This document shows, piece after piece, positions 1-10,495 of a DNA stretch of 64,000 nt. Location: assembly GCA_029953675.1 (NCBI GenBank), contig JAMWBK010000004.1, positions 124,001-188,000 on the forward strand. The letters run 5' to 3'. The stretch's first letter is position 1; the number at the start of each line of letters is the position of its first letter. The DNA comes from Rhodosorus marinus CCMP1338 (lineage: Eukaryota; Plantae; Rhodophyta). The notes beneath the pieces were generated by a model, which made no database searches, was not told the origin of the DNA, and saw only the letters and a list, made by a program, of their open reading frames with translations. A program made the position numbers and the translations under genes.

Positions 1-566
1 CCACGAGAGGGGGTCTGGGGACGCACGTTCGTCATCCAAACAAAGTGGAACGGAGATAGTTGGCGAGAAGAGTCAATAGGGATGTGTTGTGGCATCATAC
101 GCACCATTGCCGTCGTGCGTTGTTCAGAAGAGCCCCTGCGTAGGACCTGCGAATAGGTCGCACGTGGGGCACTGGAGGGAGCAGGATTCGGGCCCGACGC
201 GGGCCCAGGAGGCGTCTGTCCTTGAATAGGGGTAGGCCAGTCGGAATCAGGAATGACCGGAGCGGAGCGCTCGGGTCGGGTGGAGGCAGGCCCCGCTGTA
301 CCGTGCGGATCCGCGGGGACGGGCACCGGGGGGTATGGGGCAGGCGCGGAGGCGGAGAAGCGCTCCAAATAGGCGATCAGCAGGGGCAGGCGGTGTTCCT
401 GGGAAGCAGTCACAAGAAGACTCGTCAGTTTCGAGCAGATCCCATGGGCTAACTCGTCAGCGCAGTCCGTGAGGGTGGCCGCGGTACTAAACCCGCCCAC
501 GCTGAGCTCCACGCGCGCTGAGAGAACGGCTCCGTCCGCCGGAATGGGTGGAGAAACCCCAACCAT
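1..566 (-). mobile_element. 5' part of ORF1 of a non-LTR retrotransposon related to family A; runs off the left edge
   Basis: Manual translation from ATG at 566 is open to base 1: MVGVSPPIPADGAVLSARVELSV...ICSKLTSLLVTASQEHRLPLL...ATYSQVLRRGSSEQRTTAMVRMMP...FHFVWMTNVRPQTP. This matches family A ORF1 at 34936-36212 (LISAVTSLIMAASDRGVLPQL...ASYASVLRKGTTATRTAAMLRFIP...LQFLWVRNVRPQTT). It is absent from the ORF track because no stop falls inside the window. Confidence 0.8.
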
Positions 567-2737
567 AACGATTGGAAGGTGTGACAAACCGATTCCCCAA
601 CGAAACCCCCAAAAAGAGAACGTGTTCCCAACGTTTGCAACCAAAGAAAAACCACCACGACCTCCAAGGGGCGCTAGCAACCCCCAGCACGCACCACACC
701 ACTAGAAGATGCGGGGGAAAGTCTGCAGAAAGAAGCGCCTCCCACCGAAGAACACAATTGCGACTCAAAAGCACCAAAAGCCAGCACCATACACCCTCAC
801 GAAACCAAAAACTGGTATATTGATCGGGACCCCAACAAAGCGCGTCGGCTTGCCAATGCCCGTCATTGATTGAGAAAACTCTGCGCACGGACCCTCGCCG
901 TTAATTCCTATCTGACGGAAGCGGCTATAAGCCCATTTTTAGGTGTGAGTAATTCCCAAGGACAGGTATATTGGCATGATTATAGCTGATGGCGTCCAAT
1001 ATATATGGTACATCCATTATTTGAGATGGACTTGGTTTTTTTGAATATTTGGGTAGATTATTGAGACACTCTAGTCTGATAGGTCTAATAATAGAACCGT
1101 GGGAGAGAGCGGCTCCTCCGCGAGCGAGTTACAGCTGTGCGTTCAATTCTCGAAGTTGGGATGGAACCTTTTTAGTTGGAGCGGTTTTCCATACGGAGTG
1201 CGGGCAGGTTTCTGGAAATGTGGTTGGAGGATCGTTCTGGTGAGGCTGACCCGGCTCTAGACGTATCTAAATTCACAATAGTTTTTTGTCTACGCACGCG
1301 GCCCCATGGGAACGAAGGGGACCTGCTTTTCGCCTCTCTTTTGCTCGTCCTTGCTCCGTACTGCGCTGGTCACACCGTTAGGGTTTGGTGCTGGTCGGAT
1401 AGCATGCTTTTGTGGTGACAACGGCAGCATGCATCAGAGGTTGATATTTCACTTTTTGGAAACACTTGTTTTTAGGGCTTTGACGAGCTTGAGATCAACA
1501 GAGTCCCCTGGGGCCGACGGGAGGTTCTGTTAAGTTTTCTAAAAACATCTAAAGTAGTTCTGGTATATGGCTAGTGTGAGGTGTGAGGATTGCCTACCTT
1601 AAGCCAGAGCTCCGGGTACGGAACCAATGCACCGAACATTGTGAGATTCCCCCCTAGCCTCCAGATGCACAAAATCTTCCTTCATCAAGCATCAAACTTG
1701 ATTTGTCCTTCGCCGACTCCTTGTGACACCTAGTTTTGGAAAAGTTCCAAAAGGAGGTTATAAAGCAAACTGAAAGAGCGTGGTCATCGTTAAAGTATCA
1801 CTACAACAAGCTCATGATCGTTAGAGATAGCCGTTCCATTTGGTAGGAATTGGATGAACGCCGCATGTCCGCAGAGTCCAGTCCTATCGGAGAAATCATC
1901 AAAAGCAAACGAGGAGGCTCTGGAAGAAGTCCACAGAAGAGAAGAGGCCCATCACATTGAAGAGCTTCAAGATTGAAGCCGGGTTCAGCGTACTAGTTTG
2001 GTACCACTGGTTTTTATTATCCACTAGCTGCCGCGCTTACGGCTCAGGGTAACCAGAAGGAGCTGGCCTTGGTAAAACAGCGGCCGCGTATCAAACCGGA
2101 GGACGAGGCGGCTGTGGTCCGAATTGGAGATGGAGACATTTCCGCACGGGTATAGACGCATGCCCACTGGCACGTTCTTGTTTGCCCCCATTTTCAATAC
2201 AGAGAACTGAGATTAACGGACTTAGATGACTGGCTGAGAAATTGAAGTAGTTTATATCGCTGGCTTTATTAGTGTATATAGCAGTACAACCATCGTCTCA
2301 ATCACAATATCGTTGAAACTAATTCATTCATATCCGTGATCAGTTTCACCCACGTGACCTACATGGTTGGATGATCGCCCTGGGGATGTCCAATCGTTAG
2401 TTCTGTAGAGCTGTGGAAATCTCACGCGGTTTTAGTACTGCGCAAGAAAAGCGAAGTGTAAGCTAGAATACGTAGACTGAATGAATGGACTGGGGTAGAG
2501 AGGGTGAGAAAATATATTGGGCACACGTGCACGATAATCCTGGTTATTACGAGTGGAAAATCTTGACCTTGGATAGAGGCCGCGCTAAGGATTGATAAAT
2601 ACCTGTTGACTAAAGGTCAACAGAAGGGAGGTGGTTGAACGAGCTGCGGAGGGGGTTGAGACAGAGGGTTTTCTCAGCTGTTTGACGGGGAAGGTGGTGT
2701 TTCCTTGTCACAAGTGGTGGGTTGAGAGGAAATTGAG

Positions 2738-5700
2738 ATGTTTACGTGGTTGCGAAAGAATCGGGAAGCGGAAGATGAGCTTCCTGGACCTCCTGGACCC
2801 GGACCGGACGGGGCGTCATGGCTGTCAAGGTTTTCGTATTCATGGCTTAATCCGCTGATTAAGCGCGGTGCGAAAAGACAGCTGAATCCAGAGGACATAT
2901 GGGACATTCCTGAGACTGAGGCCGCTAGCTTCCGAGAGTCTGAGTTCGAAGAGGAGTACGAGAAGCGGAAGGCCGCGCGGACGGAGAAGGGCCTTGATCC
3001 GGCACCCTCGCTTAGCCGAGTATTTATTAAGCTTCACAGGAGAAGGTTCATCGTGACGGCCATGCTTTTGCTCGTGTTTCAAGCTTACAACTTATCAGCC
3101 CCTTCTCTCATCGAACAAATAACTATTTGCCTGGGAGACCCATCCATCTCCCCCGGACTTGGATACATGTATGTGATCATCCTCGCGTTCGGCCAGTGGA
3201 TCGGGATGGGTGTATGTCAAAGCCATGCTTTCCTTCTAACCTACAAAATGGGAATAAGTTGTCGCTCTGCTTTGACAGCGGCTGTTTTTAAGAAGAGTAT
3301 GAACTTGAGTAATAGCTCTAGGCAGAGCGTCACAGTGGGAGAGATCGTGAACTTGATGAGCAACGACACGCAAAGATACGTTGAGGTTGTTCCGTTTGTC
3401 CAGCAACTGTGGTCCGGGCCTTTTGTAATCATTGTAGGCCTCATCCTGTTGGTTCGTCTTGTCGGATTTGCAGCTCTAGCAGGTCTTGGACTGATGATTC
3501 TGACGATCCCGCTCCAAGGAAAGATGTTCCTCTGGGCAAGTTCACTGCGCAAAGAGGTTATGGTTCACTCAGATGTAAGAGTTAAACTGATGAACGAAGT
3601 GCTACAGGGCATAAAGGCCATCAAATTGTATGCTTGGGAGGATCCGTATGAAGAGAGAATCCAAGAGGTCCGCACAAAGGAGATTAAGGCAATCTTGAAA
3701 ACATCGATCCTTCGGGGAATTAACTTTGCAATATTCTCCGCGCTGCCGTCAATAATTGCAATCGTTGTACTCATGATTTATTCAGCACAGGGCAATCTGC
3801 TCGCTCCGGAAGTCGTATTCCCAGCTATTGGGTACATGAACGTGTTAAGGTTCCCACTTCTTCTGCTGCCAATGCTCGTGACCCAGCTTGTACAACTGAA
3901 GGTGTCAAACAAGCGTCTCTCGGCTCTGCTGGAAGCCGCCCAGATGAACGAAGAGGATCGAAATTGGACAGACAAAGAGGGGAGCCCTGAAGGCGGACGG
4001 GTGGAGATAGTTGACGGTCGTTTCACGTGGAGAAGAGATTACAATGATTCTCTGAGCAGGATGAAGCAACCGGAAAAGTCACGAAAGAAGCCTCAGAAGA
4101 AAAAGAGAGGATTATTCCGAGGGCGAAGAGGGGCTACTGACCAGGCTCAATGGGAGGAGGAGGCGAAGAAAGTGGATGAAGTGGTGGGCAAAGATGCGTA
4201 TGAACTGAAAAACATAAACTTCACAGTGGAACCTGGAGAATTCGTGGCAATTGTTGGAGCGGTCGGCAGTGGAAAATCTTCCTTGGTCTCGGCTATGCTG
4301 GGTGAAATTTCGAAGCTTAAGGGAAGCGTCAACGTGCGAGGTTCTGTCGCATACACAGCTCAGACGCCTTGGATTTTCAACGACACCGTTCGAAGTAACA
4401 TCACCTTCGGGGAGACTTACGACGACACGATGTACTCCAAAACTATCAATTCAACCGCCCTCGAAAATGATCTTGCGACGCTTACTGCCGGAGATCTGAC
4501 AGAGATCGGAGAGAAAGGGATCAATCTCTCTGGAGGCCAAAAACAACGTGTGTCTGTCGCGCGAGCCGTATACACCGACGCCGACATATATATACTTGAT
4601 GACCCTTTGTCTGCAGTCGATGCACACGTTGGAGAACATATGTTCCGGGAATGCTTCTTGAAGCAACTTCGCAAGAAGACGAGGATTCTTGTGACGAACC
4701 AGCTTCAGTTCCTGCCCTACACCGATCGGATTTACGCTATGCAGGGTGGTCGAATTGTTGACGTTGGAACATTTGCGGAACTGAACAGGGAGGGAACACT
4801 TCTTTTCCAGATCATGGAATCCTTTGGAGCAACTCTGCAGGCAACTGTGGCAAAGTATGACACAGAAGCGTCTGAGGCCAACAAGGGAACGGATGTGGAG
4901 AACATCATGTCCACCAAGGACATGATCGCAATGAAGGAATATGAGAAGCAGGATGGTCACTTGGTGAACACCGAAGCAAGAGCTCATGGCGGAATCTCTC
5001 AGGCCGTTTGGTTGGAATACTTCCGAGCAGGAGGTGGACTGTTCTACGCCCTATCTATGTTTGTCATCTATTGTATGTCGCTGTTTTCTGGCATGGCACC
5101 CGACTTGTGGCTGACGCACTGGTCAAATCAAACTGTGGTGGACGTGGAAGGTACTCAAGCGCTCTTTGGTTTCTACGCTGGTATCTACGGAATGTTGGGA
5201 GTCATCTTCGGGCTGCTTACCATTACCCGAACGACGGCTTTCGCGTACTTCTCTACGAGGGCTGCTAAATGCCTCCACAATGATATGCTCCAGAACGTCT
5301 TGAGAGCCCCGATGATGTTCTTTGAAACTACTCCGCTGGGTCGAATTCTGAACCGGTTTTCAAAGGACACAGATCGTGTCGATATTCTTTTGCCCCCGGT
5401 CATGGACTACCAATGCATGCTGATTCTGAACACGATTAGTGTGTACATCCTCGTAGTAGTATTCCTGCCATGGTTCCTTATCGCGTTGCCGTTCATGTTG
5501 CTGGGCTACTGGACAGTGCAGTGGTACTACCGCAGAACTTCGAGAGAACTACAAAGAATTGAATCAATTCAGCGTAGCCCGATCTATGCCCACTTATCGG
5601 AGTCGCTGCATGGTACCAGTACAATACGCGCTTACGGTCGGAATACAGAGGCCTGTGCAGTAAACCACCATAAACAGGATGATGCGAACGCTGCCTATTA

Positions 5701-6772
5701 CATTATGCAGGTGGCAAGGCGGTGGTTGCAGTTCCGACTTGAGGTGGTGTCACTCTTCGTTCTTCTTGCTATAGGATGCCTCGTTGTAGCTTCCCGCGAT
5801 GCTGCTGTGATTGGGCTAAATGCGTCGCAGGCTGGTCTATTGCTGACGCATACGGTACTCATCACTAACGTAAGCGCGTTTATGGTCCGCGGAGCAGTTG
5901 ACTTGGAAACTAAACTTACGAGCGTGGAACGGCAAGTTGAGTATTCGAAGGATGTTGAGCGAGAAGCTGAATCGATTATTCCGGACAACAGACCACCGGA
6001 CAATTGGCCCAATGAAGGTCGAGTGGAATTCAAAGGCTTCAAAATGAGATATCGACCGGAGCTTGACTTGGCTCTGAAGGGAGTTGATCTTTCAGTAGAC
6101 CCGCTCTGGAAGGTCGGGATAGCTGGAAGGACAGGTTCAGGGAAGTCGTCCTTGACAGTTTCCTTGTTCCGTTTGGTCGAGAAAGCAGAAGGGAGTATCC
6201 TTATCGACGGCATAGACATCAGTACCATTGGCCTGAAGGATTTGCGCTCGAAACTCGGCATAATTCCGCAAGATCCCGTTATTTTCTCGGGAACTGTTCG
6301 GCTGAACATAGATCCGTTGCATACACGCACTGATGCTGAACTTTGGAACGTACTGGAGCTTGTTCAGTTGAAGCAGGTCATTGCCAACCTTTTTGGTGGT
6401 CTTGACGCCGACGTAGCTGAAGGCGGAGAAAACTTCTCCCAGGGGCAGAGGCAGCTATTCTGTATCGCGAGGGCGATTATTCGGAATCCAAAGGTTCTCG
6501 TGATGGACGAGGCGACTGCAAATGTTGATGTTGAGACTGATACTGTTGTGCAGAAGACAATCCGATCTGAGTTCAAGGGGAGCACGGTTCTAACCATTGC
6601 TCATCGTATTAATACAATCATCGATTCAGACAGAGTGGCTGTCATCGACAATGGGTTCGTGAAGGAGTACGAGTCACCCGCCTGCTTGCTTCGCCAAAAA
6701 TCAGCTTTCTCAGACCTAGTGGACGCACAGCAGAAGTCCAAGGGCAGGCGACAAATCACGAGGGGTTGCTAG
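2738..6772 (+). CDS. ABCC: ABCC/MRP-type ABC transporter (TMD1-NBD1-TMD2-NBD2, no TMD0), 1344 aa, intronless
   Basis: True ATG at 2738. NBD1 has GAVGSGKSS, LSGGQKQR and IYILDDPLSAVD. NBD2 has GRTGSGKSS, FSQGQRQL and VLVMDEATANVD. MRP motifs include FSWLNPLI-like lasso, FFETTPLGRILNRFSKD and RYRPEL. Confidence 0.97.
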   Translation: MFTWLRKNREAEDELPGPPGPGPDGASWLSRFSYSWLNPLIKRGAKRQLNPEDIWDIPETEAASFRESEFEEEYEKRKAARTEKGLDPAPSLSRVFIKLHRRRFIVTAMLLLVFQAYNLSAPSLIEQITICLGDPSISPGLGYMYVIILAFGQWIGMGVCQSHAFLLTYKMGISCRSALTAAVFKKSMNLSNSSRQSVTVGEIVNLMSNDTQRYVEVVPFVQQLWSGPFVIIVGLILLVRLVGFAALAGLGLMILTIPLQGKMFLWASSLRKEVMVHSDVRVKLMNEVLQGIKAIKLYAWEDPYEERIQEVRTKEIKAILKTSILRGINFAIFSALPSIIAIVVLMIYSAQGNLLAPEVVFPAIGYMNVLRFPLLLLPMLVTQLVQLKVSNKRLSALLEAAQMNEEDRNWTDKEGSPEGGRVEIVDGRFTWRRDYNDSLSRMKQPEKSRKKPQKKKRGLFRGRRGATDQAQWEEEAKKVDEVVGKDAYELKNINFTVEPGEFVAIVGAVGSGKSSLVSAMLGEISKLKGSVNVRGSVAYTAQTPWIFNDTVRSNITFGETYDDTMYSKTINSTALENDLATLTAGDLTEIGEKGINLSGGQKQRVSVARAVYTDADIYILDDPLSAVDAHVGEHMFRECFLKQLRKKTRILVTNQLQFLPYTDRIYAMQGGRIVDVGTFAELNREGTLLFQIMESFGATLQATVAKYDTEASEANKGTDVENIMSTKDMIAMKEYEKQDGHLVNTEARAHGGISQAVWLEYFRAGGGLFYALSMFVIYCMSLFSGMAPDLWLTHWSNQTVVDVEGTQALFGFYAGIYGMLGVIFGLLTITRTTAFAYFSTRAAKCLHNDMLQNVLRAPMMFFETTPLGRILNRFSKDTDRVDILLPPVMDYQCMLILNTISVYILVVVFLPWFLIALPFMLLGYWTVQWYYRRTSRELQRIESIQRSPIYAHLSESLHGTSTIRAYGRNTEACAVNHHKQDDANAAYYIMQVARRWLQFRLEVVSLFVLLAIGCLVVASRDAAVIGLNASQAGLLLTHTVLITNVSAFMVRGAVDLETKLTSVERQVEYSKDVEREAESIIPDNRPPDNWPNEGRVEFKGFKMRYRPELDLALKGVDLSVDPLWKVGIAGRTGSGKSSLTVSLFRLVEKAEGSILIDGIDISTIGLKDLRSKLGIIPQDPVIFSGTVRLNIDPLHTRTDAELWNVLELVQLKQVIANLFGGLDADVAEGGENFSQGQRQLFCIARAIIRNPKVLVMDEATANVDVETDTVVQKTIRSEFKGSTVLTIAHRINTIIDSDRVAVIDNGFVKEYESPACLLRQKSAFSDLVDAQQKSKGRRQITRGC

Positions 6773-6922
6773 GGTCTTCGACTGTTGGTCCCTTTGATTT
6801 CACTTAAGGTTAAGCCTTGTTCAAATTTATCAACCTGTGAATATGTACATCACCTGTTGCCGACAAAGACAAAAAAGACTTTTCACCCAGCCTCGCGCTT
6901 CAGCTCTACTAGTAGAACCATG

Positions 6923-7224
6923 GTATGGTGAGAGTATGGCCAGCCTGCATCGCGCTGAGGGTCGCTCCCACCGGTTTCAGCCTTTCATTGTCGAAAGCTT
7001 TGGTCACGTGAGAAGTCGGGCTTGGAGGGGTTGCGGAAATGGTTCACTGAGCATCGTGTTGAATACTTGGAACTTTTGCGGCATTTAAGTGTCTCTCTGT
7101 GGCGATATTCGAGCAGCACGCTTGCCGAGGCGCGCCATCGGCGCCTGGGTTTGCACGCTTCCCTACCTAGTTCTTAGTTCCTTTTAACGGTTTGCGTAGA
7201 GCTGTAGGCTATGCTAATAAAGCC
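6923..7224 (+). mobile_element. 5'-truncated family A copy (~300 bp) with a 12-bp TSD
   Basis: Matches the A 3' coding end (SHRFQPFIVESFG...LHASLPSS*) and the 3' UTR ending GCTAATAAAGCC. The direct repeat AGTAGAACCATG lies at 6911-6922 and 7225-7236. Confidence 0.93.
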
Positions 7225-7407
7225 AGTAGAACCATGAAAACGAGAGGTACTAGTTTCTTCTTATGGAGAATGTTCCTGATATATTAAATCATGACGTTCG
7301 CTCAACACCCCAAGAATAGACAGTGTTGGCCATCAGCTCCATGGCATTCTGCTTAGGAGATGCGACGCCCAGCAGAATCTCCGCGCGGGGTAGATTCGCC
7401 ATCGAAC

Positions 7408-9463
7408 GGGGGGAGCCTCCCTTACTTGACAACGCAGGGCTCTATTTTTGCAGCACGTACTGGCGTTGAACAGGGTGATCCTTGTGGGCCGGTACTTCAC
7501 GCATGTGCCTTGCAGCTCGTGCTCCAGCGACTGGCGGCTGACGTGCCGGAGCTTCGCATCTGTGCCTACCATGACGAGTGACGTTGCTGGGCACTCCTGA
7601 GCACTTGGCTCGGGGACTACCCAGATCGAAACACTCGCACGTGGAGTACGTCCCCGAAAAATGCCGTTTTCTTGGCCCGCGTGAAGTTTCGAGGGGCTCC
7701 CTGCCACCTAGTCTCCGAGCCCTTGGTGAACATGCGGGGCTCAAGCACCATGGCGTCGGTTTGGGGAGTGACAACTTTGTCCAAGACTCTTGCGAACGAG
7801 TTTTAGCACGTCATAAGCAGCTCAACGACGCCATTGATCGCCTACCGGATAGCATGCTCCAATCGGCTTGCCTGCTCTCCCGCTTTTGTGCCGGCCCCCG
7901 ACTGAATTACTGGCTGCGAAGCCTTCCACCGCACTGGGGCTCGTGGATGGTAGCCAAGGCGGACGAGGCGACGCTGAAGCACTGGGGAACGCTCCTGGAT
8001 GAACCCCTGGATGTGGAAGCGGCTCCTGACAGGGACCTACTTCATGGCCAAATTGCCCTACCTTTACGATTAGGTGGATTTGGAGTGGCCGACCGGCGAT
8101 AGAATTGATAGCTTTGTGAGGACAGAAAACCCCGTAAGAGGTGCACAGGATGACCAAAATCTCCAGCGAGCACCAAATACTTGCCTTCTACCTTCCAAAA
8201 ACCGTGGACTCGTATGCTCGGCAGCGGCGGTCGCCTCCTGGGCTACCGCGCTTCGCACCTTGGTGAGTTTTCGGATGCGAAGTGCTTGCCTTTTGGCTAG
8301 AGCACTGACTAGCGAAGACCCCGTGACCCTTCCACGGCCACTTTTGAGTATCTATGATGCTCTGCATCGGGCGTTCAGTAAGTGCAACGCCGTGCCGGAC
8401 GAGAGCCGATCCAGATTTCGCTCCTGGAAGGAGCTGTTATGGGGACGAACTGAGGCGCTCGAGGACTCTCCCATCGACAGAGTACTCGCCGACGAGGGGG
8501 AAGCTAGCCCCGGGTCACCGGTTGCCGATTACCCGTGTCTGAGCCGATTGTGGAGCTCCCGCACTGATGTGATTCAACATAGTCTCACCTGGGGCCAACA
8601 CAGTACCGCTCACGCAATCTTGCTCAACTCTCCACTCACACCGCCTACCACCGCCGCTCGCCTCCGCGGCATGGGAGGCCATCTATCACATTTGTGGTTA
8701 ACGACCCTGCCGTCATCTCTGGGTCACCGTCTGGATGCCTTCCAGTTTCGCTCTACCGCACGGATTTACCTGGGTTTGCCACAAGCTCCGTGGCACTCTA
8801 ATTGGCCGACTTTCTGTCAGGGATGTGAGAGTCGGATCGATGCTTGTGGTTACCATTTCTTAGGTTCATGCGGACTGTTGAGAGGTCTTCGTACGAGGCG
8901 TCACACTCGCTTCAAGTACATTCTCAGCGAATGTTTGACTCGGGTAGGGCATACGGTTGAGGTGGAATCGGAACTACCCAGATCGGTCCCGGATAGGGCA
9001 CCGCCCCGCTGTATCGCAGATCTCCTCGTCTTCGATGCTGCCGCCAGACGCTCAGCATATGTTGACCTCGGGATTACATGCCCTGTGGCAAGCGCCCATC
9101 TCACGGCTGCCGCCCGTCGCCGGCAGCTGCTTCGGCTCTTCGCCGCGTGAAGGAACGACGGTATGCTGAGAATATGGCCAGCCTGCCTCGCGCTGAGGGT
9201 CGCTCCCACCGGTTCCAGCCTTTCATCGTGGAAAGCTTTGGTCACGTGGAGAAGTCGGGTTTGGAGTGGTTGCGGAAATGTTTCACTGAGCATCCTGTTG
9301 AATACTTGGAACTTTTGCGGCGCTTAAGTGTCTCTCTGTGGCGATATTTGAGCAGTTTGCTTGCCGAGGCGCGCCATCGGCGCCTGGGTTTGCACGCTTC
9401 CCTACCTAGTTCTTAGTTCCTTTTCACGGTTTGCGTAGCTCTGTAGGCTATGCTAATAAAGCC
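7408..9463 (+). mobile_element. 5'-truncated, frameshifted family A (A2 subfamily) RT-RLE copy with a 105-bp foreign insert
   Basis: RT motifs GVEQGDP and CAYHD, CCHC knuckle FCQGCESRIDACGYHFLGSC, RLE motifs RHTR, IADL and YVDL, and a 3' UTR ending GCTAATAAAGCC. The insert at 8096-8200 is flanked by ACCG. Confidence 0.93.
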
Positions 9464-9845
9464 AGAATGGCAGGCGGCGGTGGTGTGCCTCGGAGAGCAT
9501 GTTGCTAGAATACCGCGAAGGAGCGACGCTTAAACGGCACCAAACACTCTTCAGGATGTTCAGTGAACATTTGCGCAGCCACTCCAAGCTTAACTTTTCC
9601 AGATGCCCAAAGCCTTCCCAAATGAAAGGCTGGACCTGTGAGAACGGCGCTCTTCCCGGGGAAGACTGGCCATACTCTCAGCGTACCGTCGTTCTTTCAC
9701 GCGGCCAAGAAGGTGCTTGCCATCCCGCGGAGAGCGGCAGAAGGGAGAGAGTACAGGACGCGGGGCAAGTGCCAGCGAGGTCCAGATATGCTGATCCTCT
9801 GGCAGCTGCGTCCAATACTCAGTGACGTCAGCAATATAGGATTGG
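9464..9845 (-). mobile_element. Diverged A-like RLE fragment, tail-to-tail with the preceding copy
   Basis: Minus-strand translation with frameshifts gives IADV...DAAARGSAYLDLAGTCPAS...LPSAALR...ERRYAESMASLP. It resembles 31058-31321. Confidence 0.75.
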
Positions 9846-10162
9846 ATCTAAAAAAGGCTTTGCGTTGGTGCATGAAATACCAATTCACAACCAAAAGAGA
9901 GCCACCACCACCACTACCACCTCCCAGAGAGCTCATAATAGGGTCCACAACGCAAAGGATGCACCAGGTCTGGGAGGTGCTCCTCCAGCGGCGCTCAGGG
10001 TTTAACGAATTTATTTTTAGAAATAGTGTTCACCTTGTAAAAAATCAACGAAAAAAATTGGAATGTCCAATTCAAATTATGAAAAAACAAAAAAACAGGG
10101 TTCAATTCCATCGTTGTTTACCCGCTTAAGTTTCCTGCTGTGGCGCATGAATCCGGCTTTGA

Positions 10163-10495
10163 TGTTTCCTCTCCACTGAGGCCACCCTGCTGGAAGCTCA
10201 CCCTGCGTTTGACCTTCTGCCGCCGACTCTTGAGCACCCTTCCTCCCCTCGCCCTATCTCCGAGGCTCGTGACACCGACATGGCAGAAGCACCATCGGCC
10301 TCTCCGAATCCGCTGGCTCTGGACACCCTCAGTCAAGACTCCGCTGCTGAAAACCCTGTGTCTACTTTCTTCAGGTCTTTTAGTTCCTTCGTGCGCCCTC
10401 CACGTAAGCGTCGTGCGGCTCCTGAGCCTCCCTCCGAGGCACCTCCTCCGGATATTCGATCTGCCTTCCCGACTGAGGGGAGGCCCGATGTCTGA
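10163..10495 (+). CDS. C-terminal remnant of family B ORF1 (5'-truncated)
   Basis: The frame is open from 10163 through the tracked 10280-10495 ORF. It is Pro/Ser/Glu-rich with a basic patch (PRKRR), like the GKRAR end of A ORF1. Its TGA overlaps the ORF2 ATG at 10488. Confidence 0.6.
   Translation, partial: CFLSTEATLLEAHPAFDLLPPTLEHPSSPRPISEARDTDMAEAPSASPNPLALDTLSQDSAAENPVSTFFRSFSSFVRPPRKRRAAPEPPSEAPPPDIRSAFPTEGRPDV

Noticed and set aside
2840-6597. Many minus-strand ORFs over the ABC transporter
   Set aside because: Antisense shadows of a well-supported CDS, with no motifs.
8096-8204. Intron within the A2 copy
   Set aside because: No GT-AG boundaries on either strand for any placement within the ACCG duplication.
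10140-10487. N-terminal 116 aa of the tracked 1163-aa ORF as part of ORF2
   Set aside because: It starts at a GTG inside a duplicated 3' fragment and is an alternative frame over the ORF1 remnant. The first ATG is at 10488.
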